Shown here piece by piece: positions 1-10,131 of a stretch of 64,000 nucleotides of DNA. Position 1 is the first letter of the stretch, and each line of letters begins with the position of its first letter. The DNA comes from Escherichia phage 55. Both the position numbers and the translations under genes were made by a program. The notes under the pieces were generated by a model. That model was not told where the DNA came from and ran no database searches. It saw only the letters and a list, made by a program, of their open reading frames with translations. Where the stretch lies: the sequence record OQ599310. One strand, 5' to 3'.

Positions 1-1
1 T

Positions 2-1189
2 GATGAATCCTTTAAATTTGCCGATGAAGTTTCTTATGGTAGTGTTATTAAGCCGACTTTAGAAAAGTTTGCTAAGAAAATTAAAACTGAAAAAACAACA
101 TCTGTTAAAGCATTAGCTGCTTTTGTTGAAGCTGCAAATGAAATTGCAGACTCTATTAAAGACGAATGGTTTGAAGATTTTAGACGTGATAATTTCCAAC
201 TGCCTGACGACGTTTTAGCTGAAGTATCTGAAAGAACTTGGAAACAACGTAAATCAGCGTTCTTGTCTAATGTGATGTATACTTATGCCCGAGAATCGGC
301 TAGAGGCACCTTTAATATAACAATGAATCGGGACCCTAAACAATACTCTGTTGCTGAAAAACGAGCTATTCGTGAATATGCCTCTTCTGCATATACAGAT
401 ATCAATAATATGTTGTTAGGTCGTTATAAACCAGATTTTTACGATGTTGCGGATGAAGATGAAGTTAAACGCGCTATTGATGGTCTTGATTCGGCGTTTT
501 TAAATGGAGACCGTTTACCTGAAGGACTAACGTTATATAGAGCTCAGTCTATCAGAATGCCTATTTACGAAGCAATGGTTAAAAATAAGGTATTCTACTT
601 CAGAAACTATGTTTCCACTTCACTAGCTCCTATTATTTTCGGTGGGTTTAAAGAGAACGTTGCCCTTGGACTTGCTCCTGAAGAAGTTCGCAAAGAGCTT
701 AACATTGACAATAATGACGAAGGTGTTACTATTTCTCCTAGTCAAGTAAGAACAGCTATGCATGCACCAGAACAAATCCGTGTTAACGTTGGATGGGCTA
801 TCGATGACGCCCATAAAGTTAACGTGATTTATCCAGGACAGTTGAGTAATCACCCTAATGAGCAAGAAATTATTTTGCCTAGAGGCATTCTCTTGCAGAT
901 AAATAAAATTACAGATGCGTCATCTGACACCGGTGCAGGTTTAGAATCCAACCTTAAATTTATTCAAGCTGAAGTCATGTCCTCAGACCAGTTGGATGAA
1001 GCCGTCATTTATGATGGTGATGTTCTCATGGAAACAGGCGAGGTGGTTGCTATGACGGGTGAAATCGAATCGGATGAGCCGGTATCGTTCTCCTCATTTG
1101 TAGAAAAAACTAGTGCACCTAAAGGTTTGAAATTGTTAGCATCTTTAATGGATTTAGAATCAGTTCCGTTTAAATTTGTCCAAGGATAG
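2..1189 (+). CDS. alt: Alt ADP-ribosyltransferase, C-terminal portion (5' end lies outside window)
   Basis: Frame 2 is open from window edge to stop at 1189; ART triad R(YRAQS)/STS/E-x-E(EQEIILP) visible; position next to gene 54 as in T4. Confidence 0.8.
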   Translation, partial: DESFKFADEVSYGSVIKPTLEKFAKKIKTEKTTSVKALAAFVEAANEIADSIKDEWFEDFRRDNFQLPDDVLAEVSERTWKQRKSAFLSNVMYTYARESARGTFNITMNRDPKQYSVAEKRAIREYASSAYTDINNMLLGRYKPDFYDVADEDEVKRAIDGLDSAFLNGDRLPEGLTLYRAQSIRMPIYEAMVKNKVFYFRNYVSTSLAPIIFGGFKENVALGLAPEEVRKELNIDNNDEGVTISPSQVRTAMHAPEQIRVNVGWAIDDAHKVNVIYPGQLSNHPNEQEIILPRGILLQINKITDASSDTGAGLESNLKFIQAEVMSSDQLDEAVIYDGDVLMETGEVVAMTGEIESDEPVSFSSFVEKTSAPKGLKLLASLMDLESVPFKFVQG

Positions 1190-1218
1190 TTTACAAACAC
1201 ATGGATGTGTGATACTAT
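1190..1218 (+). promoter_or_regulatory. early (sigma70-type) promoter with stem-loop
   Basis: -35 TTTACA, 17-nt spacer, -10 TACTAT; inverted repeat GGATG..CATCC. Confidence 0.6.
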
Positions 1219-1247
1219 CATCCCATCAACAACATGAGGAAAACGTT

Positions 1248-1541
1248 ATGAAATCTATGCTTCGCTTTAATGGTCAAGAACTAGTAGTTGAAGATGTTAT
1301 CCCGGCAGATGATGTTTTTAACGAAGCTGTGATTGACGAATTGAATCGAGTATTCCCAGGTGCATTCCATATTGCTATGGAACCTCTTAAAAACTTTCGT
1401 GACCCTGAACACACTGATCAAATTTTTATCGGTGTACTGACAGGTCATTTAGAAACAGAGGTACCAATGGTCGTATTAGTTAAATACTCTAAAGATGATA
1501 CTCCATTCCGAGCACCAGCATTCCTTTCATTCCGTAAATAA
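1248..1541 (+). CDS. small hypothetical protein downstream of alt
   Basis: ATG at 1248 preceded by GAGG RBS and early promoter 1190-1218; ORF track start 1176 is an upstream extension. Confidence 0.6.
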   Translation: MKSMLRFNGQELVVEDVIPADDVFNEAVIDELNRVFPGAFHIAMEPLKNFRDPEHTDQIFIGVLTGHLETEVPMVVLVKYSKDDTPFRAPAFLSFRK

Positions 1542-1550
1542 ACCCCTAAA

Positions 1551-1572
1551 GGGAGACGTTGTCTCCCTTTTT
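1551..1572 (+). terminator. rho-independent terminator
   Basis: GGGAGAC gtt GTCTCCC then TTTTT. Confidence 0.7.
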
Positions 1573-1573
1573 C

Positions 1574-2536
1574 TTATAGTCCTAAAACTCTTGACGCAGA
1601 ATTCACCACACCTGTCAATGTGTTTATATTAGACACACCTCCAGCAGTCCCACCTAATCTAGAAAGTCTTGATACTGCACTTCCTAGACCAGAATCATTC
1701 TGATTATTTCCAAACATTCCTGAAACACTACTAATAAGTCCTGATTCTAACCATTCTAAAGCAGCCTGTCTATTTACAGCACCTGATTGCATAACGCGAT
1801 AAGCAAATGTTACGTCAAAAACTGTTATCTGATTATCACCATCATATGTTAACTCAGGAGAAGAGACACTAACAGGAATACATCCAGTGAACATGACAGC
1901 GGTATGTGGTAAACCATTTCGTGCATGTAAATTAACCTGAATATCCGCTTCGACGTCTTGTGGTAAAGCGCGAAGACCTGTTACAGGGTCTTGGACCGAG
2001 TTTACCCAGTCTTGCATTGCTCTAAAGTTAGATGCTTCAGAATCCATTCTAAAGCTTATTACTAACGGGTCCATTTCTCGGCCGGTAATTCGGATGTTCG
2101 GTGAGTTATAGTTGAAATCCGTTTCATAAGATAATCGGTTCTCAGGCATTTTTACAGAATAAATCATTAAACCTGTATTATTATATGCCATATTGAAGAA
2201 GTCTATCAGATAAGCTCCTACTGTGAACTCACCTAACAAGCTTTGTACCGTACGTTGGCTCATTGCTCCAATCAGATATTTACTTATACCTGATTTTCGA
2301 ATTAATTTCTGTGTTCCTGCTGTAATCAGGGTTGTTACGCCCTGATTGATATCACCTTGAGTTAATCCTAACCAATCAGAATCCAACCCTAAGTTATTAT
2401 AAGCAAAACTACCAATTGACGAAATTAGTGAAGATGATTTAGTCGATGGTGTAGTAGCAAATACACAACTAAACATATTGTTTCGTTGGAAATCTGCATT
2501 TATAGCTTGGTTATTAAATTCTTCTAAAGAGTACAT
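1574..2536 (-). CDS. 54: baseplate tail tube initiator gp54
   Basis: 320 aa, same length as T4 gp54; synteny alt-54-48. Confidence 0.85.
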   Translation of the reverse strand: MYSLEEFNNQAINADFQRNNMFSCVFATTPSTKSSSLISSIGSFAYNNLGLDSDWLGLTQGDINQGVTTLITAGTQKLIRKSGISKYLIGAMSQRTVQSLLGEFTVGAYLIDFFNMAYNNTGLMIYSVKMPENRLSYETDFNYNSPNIRITGREMDPLVISFRMDSEASNFRAMQDWVNSVQDPVTGLRALPQDVEADIQVNLHARNGLPHTAVMFTGCIPVSVSSPELTYDGDNQITVFDVTFAYRVMQSGAVNRQAALEWLESGLISSVSGMFGNNQNDSGLGSAVSRLSRLGGTAGGVSNINTLTGVVNSASRVLGL

Positions 2537-3645
2537 TAGAAAGTCCCCGCATAAAGTGAAGAACGGTTTAATGTAATAATTTCTCGCATTGTTATCTCTA
2601 ACGTAAATGTTGACGGTAAGTTAGGAGCAACAGCAAGACCATTAAATTGTCCATTTGGAGTTTTATCAAAACGTACGCTTTGAATTTGACATGGGCCAAA
2701 TACATCAGTTAACCCGTCAAATTTAGATGTATAACCAAAGTTTTTAACCATCCAAATTGTAGGGTTACTTACAACTAATACATTTGTTAATGACGCAGTA
2801 ATCTTTTCAAACAATGTCTTATTTTTTACTGCATCGTCTGGCGTCATAGGCTCAATAAACGTTGAACGGTACCATTCGTCTAAATAACTTTTAATCTCTT
2901 GGGCGTACTGTGATTTACCGGTCTCACCATATGAGAAATAGTTAAAATACTGGTAAATGTTTATAATAGCCATAAGGTCTTCAGTTGAACGCGGAGTTAA
3001 ATCCCATGTAAAGACTTTAGTACGGTTCTCGGCACCACCATACATACTACGAGAAGTCGTATAAATCTGCTCGTTATTATCAGCCATAAGCCCTTGAGTA
3101 ATAGAATCTAATGCACCAAAAACTGCAGTAGAAGCAATGTTACTTAAAACACCTGTAGCAGTACCTCCACCTTTAGTAATAAGGCTATCACCGATATCAT
3201 TAAAACGATGTGAAGTTGTATCAACGTCAGATTTGGAACGTGGCAAAAGTATATTAGCAACAGGAGTTTTATTTATAGTAGATTTATTAGCTCCGGCAGG
3301 AAGCAACCCATTAGAGAATTTAGTCACTGCATCTTTCACGTTATCAGTTAAATCTGATATGATACCATTAGATGAAGTTCCGGCGTATGCCGGACGTAAA
3401 TTCCTGAGGGATCCTGAATCGCGTGCAGACATATTGTACGCGGTAAATAATAATCCATTCTTATAAAGGTCTGTTACCTGGAAGTCTCCTGTGGAGTCAT
3501 TTCCGGCTGCTCTTCCTGTAGGAAATTGAGCAACATAAGTTTTAGTAGTTGTTTCGGTTTTAGTGCTTTGCCCAGCACTTTCTGAGACTGGGATTGCTTT
3601 ATTTAAATCCTTTGCATCTACTACTATTTCTTTTACACTAATCAT
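2536..3645 (-). CDS. 48: baseplate tail tube cap gp48
   Basis: 369 aa; synteny between 54 and 29; stop overlaps gene 54 start. Confidence 0.8.
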   Translation of the reverse strand: MISVKEIVVDAKDLNKAIPVSESAGQSTKTETTTKTYVAQFPTGRAAGNDSTGDFQVTDLYKNGLLFTAYNMSARDSGSLRNLRPAYAGTSSNGIISDLTDNVKDAVTKFSNGLLPAGANKSTINKTPVANILLPRSKSDVDTTSHRFNDIGDSLITKGGGTATGVLSNIASTAVFGALDSITQGLMADNNEQIYTTSRSMYGGAENRTKVFTWDLTPRSTEDLMAIINIYQYFNYFSYGETGKSQYAQEIKSYLDEWYRSTFIEPMTPDDAVKNKTLFEKITASLTNVLVVSNPTIWMVKNFGYTSKFDGLTDVFGPCQIQSVRFDKTPNGQFNGLAVAPNLPSTFTLEITMREIITLNRSSLYAGTF

Positions 3646-3653
3646 AATAATCC

Positions 3654-5426
3654 TTAATTAACACCGGTGGCATGGAAAATTCCAGGAGCCGTTGTACTTG
3701 TTACAGGGGTCATATTCTGGACTACGGTATTCTTTTTGACGACGTTATTTGTGTTACTAATCGCCGCTACCGGTTGCTGTTGTTTAGATTCAGAAGCACG
3801 TCCTTTCTCTATTGACTGAACTTGTTTTGCTTCCGGAGATTTAGTCGAAGATTCAGGCTTAACTGTTGTCTGAGCCTTTTTGGCTTCAGCCATTTTATTA
3901 TTTAGCTTTTCAAATCTAGCGTCTATTTCCTTTTTAACAACAGGAGTTTTATTAAGTTCAGGGTCTTTAATAAGTTTACTTAAATCAGCATAAGACTTCT
4001 CGACGTTTTTAGCATTTTCCGGATTAGTCATATCGATTTTATCGATATAATCCTCAAATCTAACCAGTGCCGCACGAGTTTCATTAGCTTTTATATACGC
4101 CTCTTTACGCTCCTCTTCAGGTAACTCTTTTAATTTTGCTGATTCCGCAGCACGCTCATCGCTTGTACTAAACTCTTCTTTATTGTCATTACCACGAACC
4201 CAGTTAGTAACGAATGTTTTGCCGCGTTGTAACATATCAAGACCTTTAGAAACGGTTCCTAATTCCCCATCGTCACGCTTCATTTGATATTTAGCGACTT
4301 TCTCTTGGTCTTCTTTCTTTAATTTGTTCCCAGTAGTTTCTTGGAATCCTTCCAAAGCACGTCCTTCTATTTCGTCCGCGGTATCACCAAAACCTATAGC
4401 ACGCAATATAGATGCGGAGAGTTTAGCCATTCCTAATTGAATTAGTTCACCTAAGTTCATTAATGCTGTTCCTACACCTTTGACAATAGCAACGGTTAAA
4501 CCACCCCAGTCTCCAGCTTCCCACAATTGTTTTATCGAGTCAATAGAAGTGAATATATCACTTAAGAATTTACCCCACTCTTGAGCTTCATCGGAGAATT
4601 TAGTAAAGTTTTCATCAAATAAATCCCAGGCAGAAGTGAATTTGTCTGTCCAATATTTGAAATGGACTATCAATAAATCAATACCGATAACAATACCAAG
4701 AATAAGCGCGGCCATTTTTGCTGCTTCAATAGCGGCCGTTATAGTGTATTTGAAAAGCATTCCAGCAATTCTGTCTGAAATTGATATTGATTTATTAAAC
4801 CCGGTTTGAACTGTTTTGGTGAGCATTGCGATTTTATCGCTCAATTTAAAGCTAATTCCGCCTTTAGAATCGGAAGTAGAATTAGCACTTTCTTGAACCG
4901 GGGCTGGGAAGAAATCTTCGTCTGGCTTATTATCAATCTTTTCAGGTGTAGGTAATGCTTTAAACAACTCATCAGAAGTTTCATTCTCAACCACTTTAAC
5001 AGGTATTGCGTTCTCAATTACTTCAAGAGAGGTGCCTCCTGTATTTTGAATAGCGGTAGATGTTTGTAATTTTTGCTCTAACAATGTAGCTAATCGGTCT
5101 AACTTAGAGCTTATTGCACTAGAAACTTCGTTTATACTTTTAGTGACTTCAGTTTGTTTTTCAATAACTTCTGCGATAAGCTCTGTGCCTTCAGCAGTAT
5201 TATCTGTCGAATTCTTTAAGTCTCCAATTGATTCAATAATTCCATTGCCTTTATCTTCTACACTTTGCGATGTGAGTTCAGACGCGGCTTGGACATCGTC
5301 TAGTTTTGATGAAATATCATTCAATGCTTCTAATGAATCGGTAGCTGCTGTTGCAGCTACTTTTTGTGGTTTATTATCGGCAATGACCTTATTTCTACGC
5401 ATGGATTTCATTTCTTCAGGTTTCAT
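3654..5426 (-). CDS. 29: tail length tape measure / baseplate hub gp29
   Basis: 590 aa, same as T4 gp29; synteny. Confidence 0.85.
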   Translation of the reverse strand: MKPEEMKSMRRNKVIADNKPQKVAATAATDSLEALNDISSKLDDVQAASELTSQSVEDKGNGIIESIGDLKNSTDNTAEGTELIAEVIEKQTEVTKSINEVSSAISSKLDRLATLLEQKLQTSTAIQNTGGTSLEVIENAIPVKVVENETSDELFKALPTPEKIDNKPDEDFFPAPVQESANSTSDSKGGISFKLSDKIAMLTKTVQTGFNKSISISDRIAGMLFKYTITAAIEAAKMAALILGIVIGIDLLIVHFKYWTDKFTSAWDLFDENFTKFSDEAQEWGKFLSDIFTSIDSIKQLWEAGDWGGLTVAIVKGVGTALMNLGELIQLGMAKLSASILRAIGFGDTADEIEGRALEGFQETTGNKLKKEDQEKVAKYQMKRDDGELGTVSKGLDMLQRGKTFVTNWVRGNDNKEEFSTSDERAAESAKLKELPEEERKEAYIKANETRAALVRFEDYIDKIDMTNPENAKNVEKSYADLSKLIKDPELNKTPVVKKEIDARFEKLNNKMAEAKKAQTTVKPESSTKSPEAKQVQSIEKGRASESKQQQPVAAISNTNNVVKKNTVVQNMTPVTSTTAPGIFHATGVN

Positions 5427-5956
5427 TCAAGCAATCCAATAATTTCTGCTATACCCTTAATAGGGCCATTAGGGCCTGGAATAGCAATGGTTGTCGAAAG
5501 GTCTTCTGCCCATTTGATTACAAAAGCAGGCATCTCAAGGAAAGAAATTTCTTTCTCTTCGTCATTAACTTTTATTAAGCAATTTGATAGCATTTCACTG
5601 ATTGTAGCGAATTGTTCAAATTTGCCTGGGGGTCTAAAATAAAAAGTATTACCTTGAAATTGGAATTCTGTTCGTTGGCATACATAGACGTCATCTAGTT
5701 TATAAGTGAATCCATCTTTTTCAACTTCAGACTTAAGTTTGTTATTAAATTCCAATATGTGTAGACATGCAAAATCAAAATCTGCCGGACTCATATTTTT
5801 ACAAATAGAATCAGCTAAGATTTTCATGTTTTCGTCAGGACCTTTAACGTCCTTTAAAAGATTATAATGTTTGAGCCCCAATTTGGGAATCATTACCTTT
5901 TTATTAGACTGTGGTAGAATTATTTTCTTTAGAGGTAGAATCAGATTTAAGTTCAT
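5423..5956 (-). CDS. 28: baseplate hub distal subunit gp28
   Basis: 177 aa as T4 gp28; synteny. Confidence 0.8.
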   Translation of the reverse strand: MNLNLILPLKKIILPQSNKKVMIPKLGLKHYNLLKDVKGPDENMKILADSICKNMSPADFDFACLHILEFNNKLKSEVEKDGFTYKLDDVYVCQRTEFQFQGNTFYFRPPGKFEQFATISEMLSNCLIKVNDEEKEISFLEMPAFVIKWAEDLSTTIAIPGPNGPIKGIAEIIGLLE

Positions 5957-7076
5957 TTTTAACCTTAACTGGGTTAACAGGTTCTAACACCATTGAGTTG
6001 GTAAACATGTACAGATGAGTTTGTGAGTTGTTATTTGATAACTCATGAATAACTTCATCTACGTAAAATTCGGATTTGAATTGGTTCTTTTGGTCGACAA
6101 ATATAATTTTAGTAGCAGGCGTTATGTTAAAATTACCTGTAGTAGTGCATTTAGCATATCCGTCATATTGAGCCATTGTCTGAAGACGACTTGCTTCTTC
6201 AAATCCATTACGATAGGTCATTTCGGAATATCCACCAGATCTTGACACAACAATAGCATTATCACCATCGCCTGTAACAATAACCGGAATAGATGTATCT
6301 AAAAATGAATGGGCGAATATCGTGGCGTTTTTAATAGGGTCTCTTGTAAATTGGTTAGCTTTAGTCATCCAGGTGAAATCCCATACTAATGGATACTCAA
6401 GCTCTTGAATATACTGGCCTACGGTATTTGGCTCGCCTACAATCATCTTAATGCCTTCCTGGCCAATAAGAGTATCGTAGTCAATCATGTTTACGCCTAA
6501 AATATCTTGCCATACGAATACGAACTTATCACTCGCTGTAGCAAGTCCTAATTCTCTGACATATGCCAAATAATCATCAAATGTGCTTGTCCAAGGAATA
6601 TCAGGAACATAAGCATTAATAGTGTTTATTGGCGGAGTAATTAATGTACGGTCTTTATATATGACACCTAACATTTCACGTATAGATTCTCCTGCGTCTG
6701 GGAAGAATGGTCGCCCAAATTTAAGGTTCTCTATAGAATGTATTGTTCCAAGCTCAATTGCAATAATATTGTCACCTTTTGAGTCCACAGACACAGAATA
6801 ATGTCTACATCCGTAAATTCGAGTTCTAACTTGGAGAGGTGTGTTTGAATTTGAAACAGAGATTTGGACTATCTGTCTACCATCCATTTTAGTGTGGATG
6901 TTTTTAGTGTCATAAAATTGAAGAATCCCTTCATTTCTTCCATATAGCGAATCTCGCATGGTTAAAGTTGTTATTGTTGCTGCGAGTTCAACGTATCTAT
7001 TTTCTTGCCAAGCCGAATAATCTTGGTATAATTTAACGCTTAAGTTAGGATATCCTGGACGTTGGAATACTGTCAT
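5904..7076 (-). CDS. 27: baseplate hub subunit gp27
   Basis: 390 aa; N-terminus [12 protein letters not shown]... matches remembered T4 gp27. Confidence 0.9.
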   Translation of the reverse strand: MTVFQRPGYPNLSVKLYQDYSAWQENRYVELAATITTLTMRDSLYGRNEGILQFYDTKNIHTKMDGRQIVQISVSNSNTPLQVRTRIYGCRHYSVSVDSKGDNIIAIELGTIHSIENLKFGRPFFPDAGESIREMLGVIYKDRTLITPPINTINAYVPDIPWTSTFDDYLAYVRELGLATASDKFVFVWQDILGVNMIDYDTLIGQEGIKMIVGEPNTVGQYIQELEYPLVWDFTWMTKANQFTRDPIKNATIFAHSFLDTSIPVIVTGDGDNAIVVSRSGGYSEMTYRNGFEEASRLQTMAQYDGYAKCTTTGNFNITPATKIIFVDQKNQFKSEFYVDEVIHELSNNNSQTHLYMFTNSMVLEPVNPVKVKNELKSDSTSKENNSTTV

Positions 7077-7825
7077 TTTTTATGGTCCTTTTCTACTAAT
7101 GTTAAAGCAATACCACGTTCAACAGGAATCATTTGCATAATAGAATCCAATGTGTATTGACTCTTTACTAGTGAATGGTTTATCTGATAGAATGTAAAAA
7201 TCTCATCAGGGTTAACTAACAATTTAAAAACCTCTAAGATATCAGTATATGTTTTAACATGACGTTCACAACAACCTAATCTAAGGGTCAAATTAATAGG
7301 GTTCATAGAAGCAATAACCTTCTCGAGCGAGTCAATGTCTATTGCTTCTATTACTTGGATTTGGTTCTCTTCAGTCAAATCATTCCATGGGTACCATTCA
7401 TCATTATAATATATTTCTTTTATGTTTTCACTTATCATTAATGCTTTATTGTCATAAAACTTTTCAGGGAAAGAAAAACGTATTTTTATACCAGCAACAT
7501 CAAGTTCAGGTTCGACTAGTTCTTTTTGATATATCTCAAATGGTGCAGTTTTTTCTTTAGAGCATTTAGGGCAAGTGAAAATAACGGGAACTTTTGTTTT
7601 GCCTATAGAGCCTGCAAAAACTTGCAGGAATATAAATGGTTGCCATGTTTTAGGGTACTCGCCAAAATAATCATCAATCAGATCGGCAATTATTTCTTTT
7701 TGTTCTTGCGGCGAACGATGTTCGATATCATTTCTAACTAGTAAAAAGTCTCTATAATCCGCCACAGTGAACGGCTTAAAACGATGAACACCATCCGGTA
7801 ATTTACAACGAATTATATTAGCCAT
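7073..7825 (-). CDS. 51: baseplate hub assembly catalyst gp51
   Basis: 250 aa; divergent from gene 26 as in T4. Confidence 0.85.
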   Translation of the reverse strand: MANIIRCKLPDGVHRFKPFTVADYRDFLLVRNDIEHRSPQEQKEIIADLIDDYFGEYPKTWQPFIFLQVFAGSIGKTKVPVIFTCPKCSKEKTAPFEIYQKELVEPELDVAGIKIRFSFPEKFYDNKALMISENIKEIYYNDEWYPWNDLTEENQIQVIEAIDIDSLEKVIASMNPINLTLRLGCCERHVKTYTDILEVFKLLVNPDEIFTFYQINHSLVKSQYTLDSIMQMIPVERGIALTLVEKDHKK

Positions 7826-7842
7826 AATTACTCCTTTTCTAT

Positions 7843-7850
7843 TATTTATA
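7843..7850 (-). promoter_or_regulatory. late promoter TATAAATA for gene 51 (overlaps the gene 26 promoter)
   Basis: Reverse complement of TATTTATA. Confidence 0.6.
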
Positions 7851-7854
7851 AATA
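7847..7854 (+). promoter_or_regulatory. late promoter TATAAATA for gene 26
   Basis: Exact TATAAATA ~20 nt upstream of ATG. Confidence 0.7.
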
Positions 7855-7872
7855 CACAATAAAGGAGTTAAC

Positions 7873-8499
7873 ATGTACAAATATACGTTTACCGTACGTT
7901 TAGGCGATAAAGAAGTGAATTGTAGAGCCTTTACTTTAAAAGAATATTTAGGACTCATAGGTGCGCGGGCTACCGGTACTATTGAATCAGCAGTGAACAA
8001 TATTATCACTAATTGCTCTAATGCTAAAAACTTGACTAAACAAGAAGCCGAGTTATTGTTGGTAAATCTGTGGGCACATTCGTTAGGTGAAGTGAATCAA
8101 GAACACACCTGGAATTGTTCCTGTGGGCATTCATTTCAAGTCTATATGAATTTATTGCACACTCAATTGGATGAACAGGCCGACCCCTGGTATTCGTTTA
8201 GTGGTATTAAAATTAAGTTCCGACAACCTAAATTATTTGATGATAAAAATATCGCATTAATGATTGCTTCATGTATTGAGGCCGTTTTTGTCAATGGAGA
8301 GTCCATCCCTGTTGAAGATTTAACTGAAGCAGAAATAAACGACCTTTACGGCCTTATAACAGAAGATGACATGATCAATATTAAAAATCTTTTGGTATCG
8401 CCGTCAATTTATCTGGCAACCCCTATTAAATGTCCCAAATGTGGGGCGTCACACGTTCACACAATACGAGGCCTCAAAGAATTCTTTGAGTTATTATAA
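7873..8499 (+). CDS. 26: baseplate hub subunit gp26
   Basis: 208 aa; late promoter TATAAATA at 7847-7854; followed by gene 25. Confidence 0.85.
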   Translation: MYKYTFTVRLGDKEVNCRAFTLKEYLGLIGARATGTIESAVNNIITNCSNAKNLTKQEAELLLVNLWAHSLGEVNQEHTWNCSCGHSFQVYMNLLHTQLDEQADPWYSFSGIKIKFRQPKLFDDKNIALMIASCIEAVFVNGESIPVEDLTEAEINDLYGLITEDDMINIKNLLVSPSIYLATPIKCPKCGASHVHTIRGLKEFFELL

Positions 8500-8897
8500 T
8501 GTCTAATATCAATAAACTTTATTCAGATATCGACCCAGAAATGCGTATGGATTGGAACAAGGACGTTGCTCGTTCTGTAGGACTTCGTTCTATTAAAAAT
8601 AGTCTTCTTGGCATAGTGACAACTAGAAAAGGCTCACGCCCCTTCGACCCTGAATTTGGATGCGATTTGGTTGATGAACTTTTCGAGAACATGACACCGC
8701 TTACAGCTGATACGATTGAGCGTAATATCCAGGCAGCCGTCCGTAACTATGAGCCACGCATCGACAAACTTTCTGTAAGTGTAACGCCAGTATATGATGA
8801 CTATACGGTTATAGTAGAGATTAGATTTTCGGTCGTAGATAACCCTGATGATATCGAACAAATCAAACTTCAGTTAGCATCAAGCAATAGAGTGTAA
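8499..8897 (+). CDS. 25: baseplate wedge subunit gp25
   Basis: 132 aa; NINKLYSDIDPEM...IEQIKLQLASSNRV near-identical to remembered T4 gp25. Confidence 0.95.
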   Translation: MSNINKLYSDIDPEMRMDWNKDVARSVGLRSIKNSLLGIVTTRKGSRPFDPEFGCDLVDELFENMTPLTADTIERNIQAAVRNYEPRIDKLSVSVTPVYDDYTVIVEIRFSVVDNPDDIEQIKLQLASSNRV

Positions 8898-8922
8898 TGC
8901 TTCAAGGCAACCTATGTATAAT
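8896..8922 (+). promoter_or_regulatory. MotA-dependent middle promoter of uvsY
   Basis: MotA box AATGCTTCA, 12 nt, then TATAAT. Confidence 0.75.
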
Positions 8923-8977
8923 GGTTTTAGGTCCTTCCGATACAGCCGGGAGATTATTAGTTAAAAGAGAGAATATT

Positions 8978-9391
8978 ATGAAGCTGGAAGATTTACAGGA
9001 AGAGTTAGACGCAGACTTAGCTATTGATACGACAAAGTTGCAATATGAGACGGCGAATAATGTTAAGTTATACAGCAAATGGCTACGTAAGCACTCATTT
9101 ATTCGTAAAGAAATGTTGCGTATAGAGACTCAGAAGAAAACTGCTCTAAAAGCAAGATTAGACTACTACTCGGGACGAGGTGATGGTGATGAATTCAGTA
9201 TGGACCGATACGAAAAATCTGAAATGAAAACTGTCCTGGCCGCAGATAAAGATGTGCTTAAAATAGAGACTACTTTACAATACTGGGGAATTTTACTTGA
9301 GTTCTGTAGTGGTGCACTTGATGCAGTTAAGTCTCGTAGTTTTGCACTTAAACATATCCAGGATATGCGAGAATTTGAAGCGGGGCAATAA
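8978..9391 (+). CDS. uvsY: recombination mediator UvsY
   Basis: 137 aa from ATG 8978 (RBS AGAGAGAA); ORF-track start 8897 lies inside the middle promoter; sequence matches remembered T4 UvsY. Confidence 0.95.
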   Translation: MKLEDLQEELDADLAIDTTKLQYETANNVKLYSKWLRKHSFIRKEMLRIETQKKTALKARLDYYSGRGDGDEFSMDRYEKSEMKTVLAADKDVLKIETTLQYWGILLEFCSGALDAVKSRSFALKHIQDMREFEAGQ

Positions 9392-9615
9392 TGCGTTATT
9401 CAATTGAAGATGCCTTTAATAATGATGAAGAATTTGAAACTGAAATTAAATTCTTAATGGAAAAGTATCGTCTACGACGTCAGGATATTCGTATTCTGGC
9501 CGACCATCCTTGTGGCGAAGACGTCCTTTATATTAAAGGGAAGTTTGCTGGGTACATCGACGAGTATTTTTATACAAAAGATATGGGTATCGATATGTGC
9601 ATGCGAATGGTATAA
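9391..9615 (+). CDS. uvsY.-1: small protein downstream of uvsY
   Basis: 74 aa, start overlaps uvsY stop; position as in T4. Confidence 0.7.
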   Translation: MRYSIEDAFNNDEEFETEIKFLMEKYRLRRQDIRILADHPCGEDVLYIKGKFAGYIDEYFYTKDMGIDMCMRMV

Positions 9616-9647
9616 ATAGATATGTAATTTCAACTTAGGAGGCAATC

Positions 9648-9815
9648 ATGTCAGATAAGATTTGTGTTGTCTGTAAAACTCCAATCGATTCTGCATTGGT
9701 TGTTGAAACAGACAAAGGTCCAGCACATCCTGGTCCTTGTTATAATTATGTCCAACAATTGCCGGTTTCAGAAAGTTCAGAAGAGCAATTGAACGAAACC
9801 CAACTTTTACTATAG
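9648..9815 (+). CDS. uvsY.-2: small Cys-containing protein (55 aa), absent from the ORF track
   Basis: ATG 9648 after AGGAGG RBS; CVVCKTP...HPGPCYNY zinc-ribbon-like; codons counted by hand to TAG at 9813. Confidence 0.6.
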   Translation: MSDKICVVCKTPIDSALVVETDKGPAHPGPCYNYVQQLPVSESSEEQLNETQLLL

Positions 9816-9842
9816 TGTTACCTTTTTTTGCCTATGGTTTTT

Positions 9843-9870
9843 GGCCCTTCCAAAAGGTCGGGCCTTTTTT
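9843..9870 (+). terminator. rho-independent terminator after the uvsY operon
   Basis: GGCCC..GGGCC stem then TTTTTT. Confidence 0.65.
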
Positions 9871-9872
9871 AA

Positions 9873-10106
9873 TTAGAAGTCTTCTTCCTCATCCTCATCA
9901 TCGTCGCCTTCAAGTTCGGCACGCTTACCTGCTAAGGCATCCCTGACAGAAATATCGTCTGTATCTTTTAATTCCGTTTCTTTTATACGTTTCTTATAAT
10001 AAGCTTCCAATTCTTCAAGCCCTTCTAAGGTATGACAACTAGCAATTTTACCCATGAATTCGTCAATAGATGCTTCGTATAAAAATTGTTTAAATTCAAG
10101 TACCAT
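9873..10106 (-). CDS. uvsW.1: small acidic protein downstream of uvsW
   Basis: 77 aa, acidic C-terminus; position as in T4. Confidence 0.75.
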   Translation of the reverse strand: MVLEFKQFLYEASIDEFMGKIASCHTLEGLEELEAYYKKRIKETELKDTDDISVRDALAGKRAELEGDDDEDEEEDF

Positions 10107-10131
10107 TTTTATCTCCTAAGGGCCGAAGCCC

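Noticed and set aside
623-1221. Minus-strand ORFs inside alt (623-865, 1009-1221)
   Set aside because: Antisense to the Alt reading frame.
3137-3466. Plus-strand ORFs inside minus-strand structural genes (e.g. 3137-3466, 5143-5642, 6045-6245, 7342-7741, 10790-11187, 17385-18497, 18813-19790)
   Set aside because: They are antisense to well-supported T4-like genes and lack RBS or promoter context; treated as chance ORFs.
8897-8977. ORF-track start of the 164-aa UvsY ORF at 8897
   Set aside because: The ATG lies inside the MotA box of the middle promoter; the T4-like N-terminus MKLEDLQ begins at 8978 with its own RBS.
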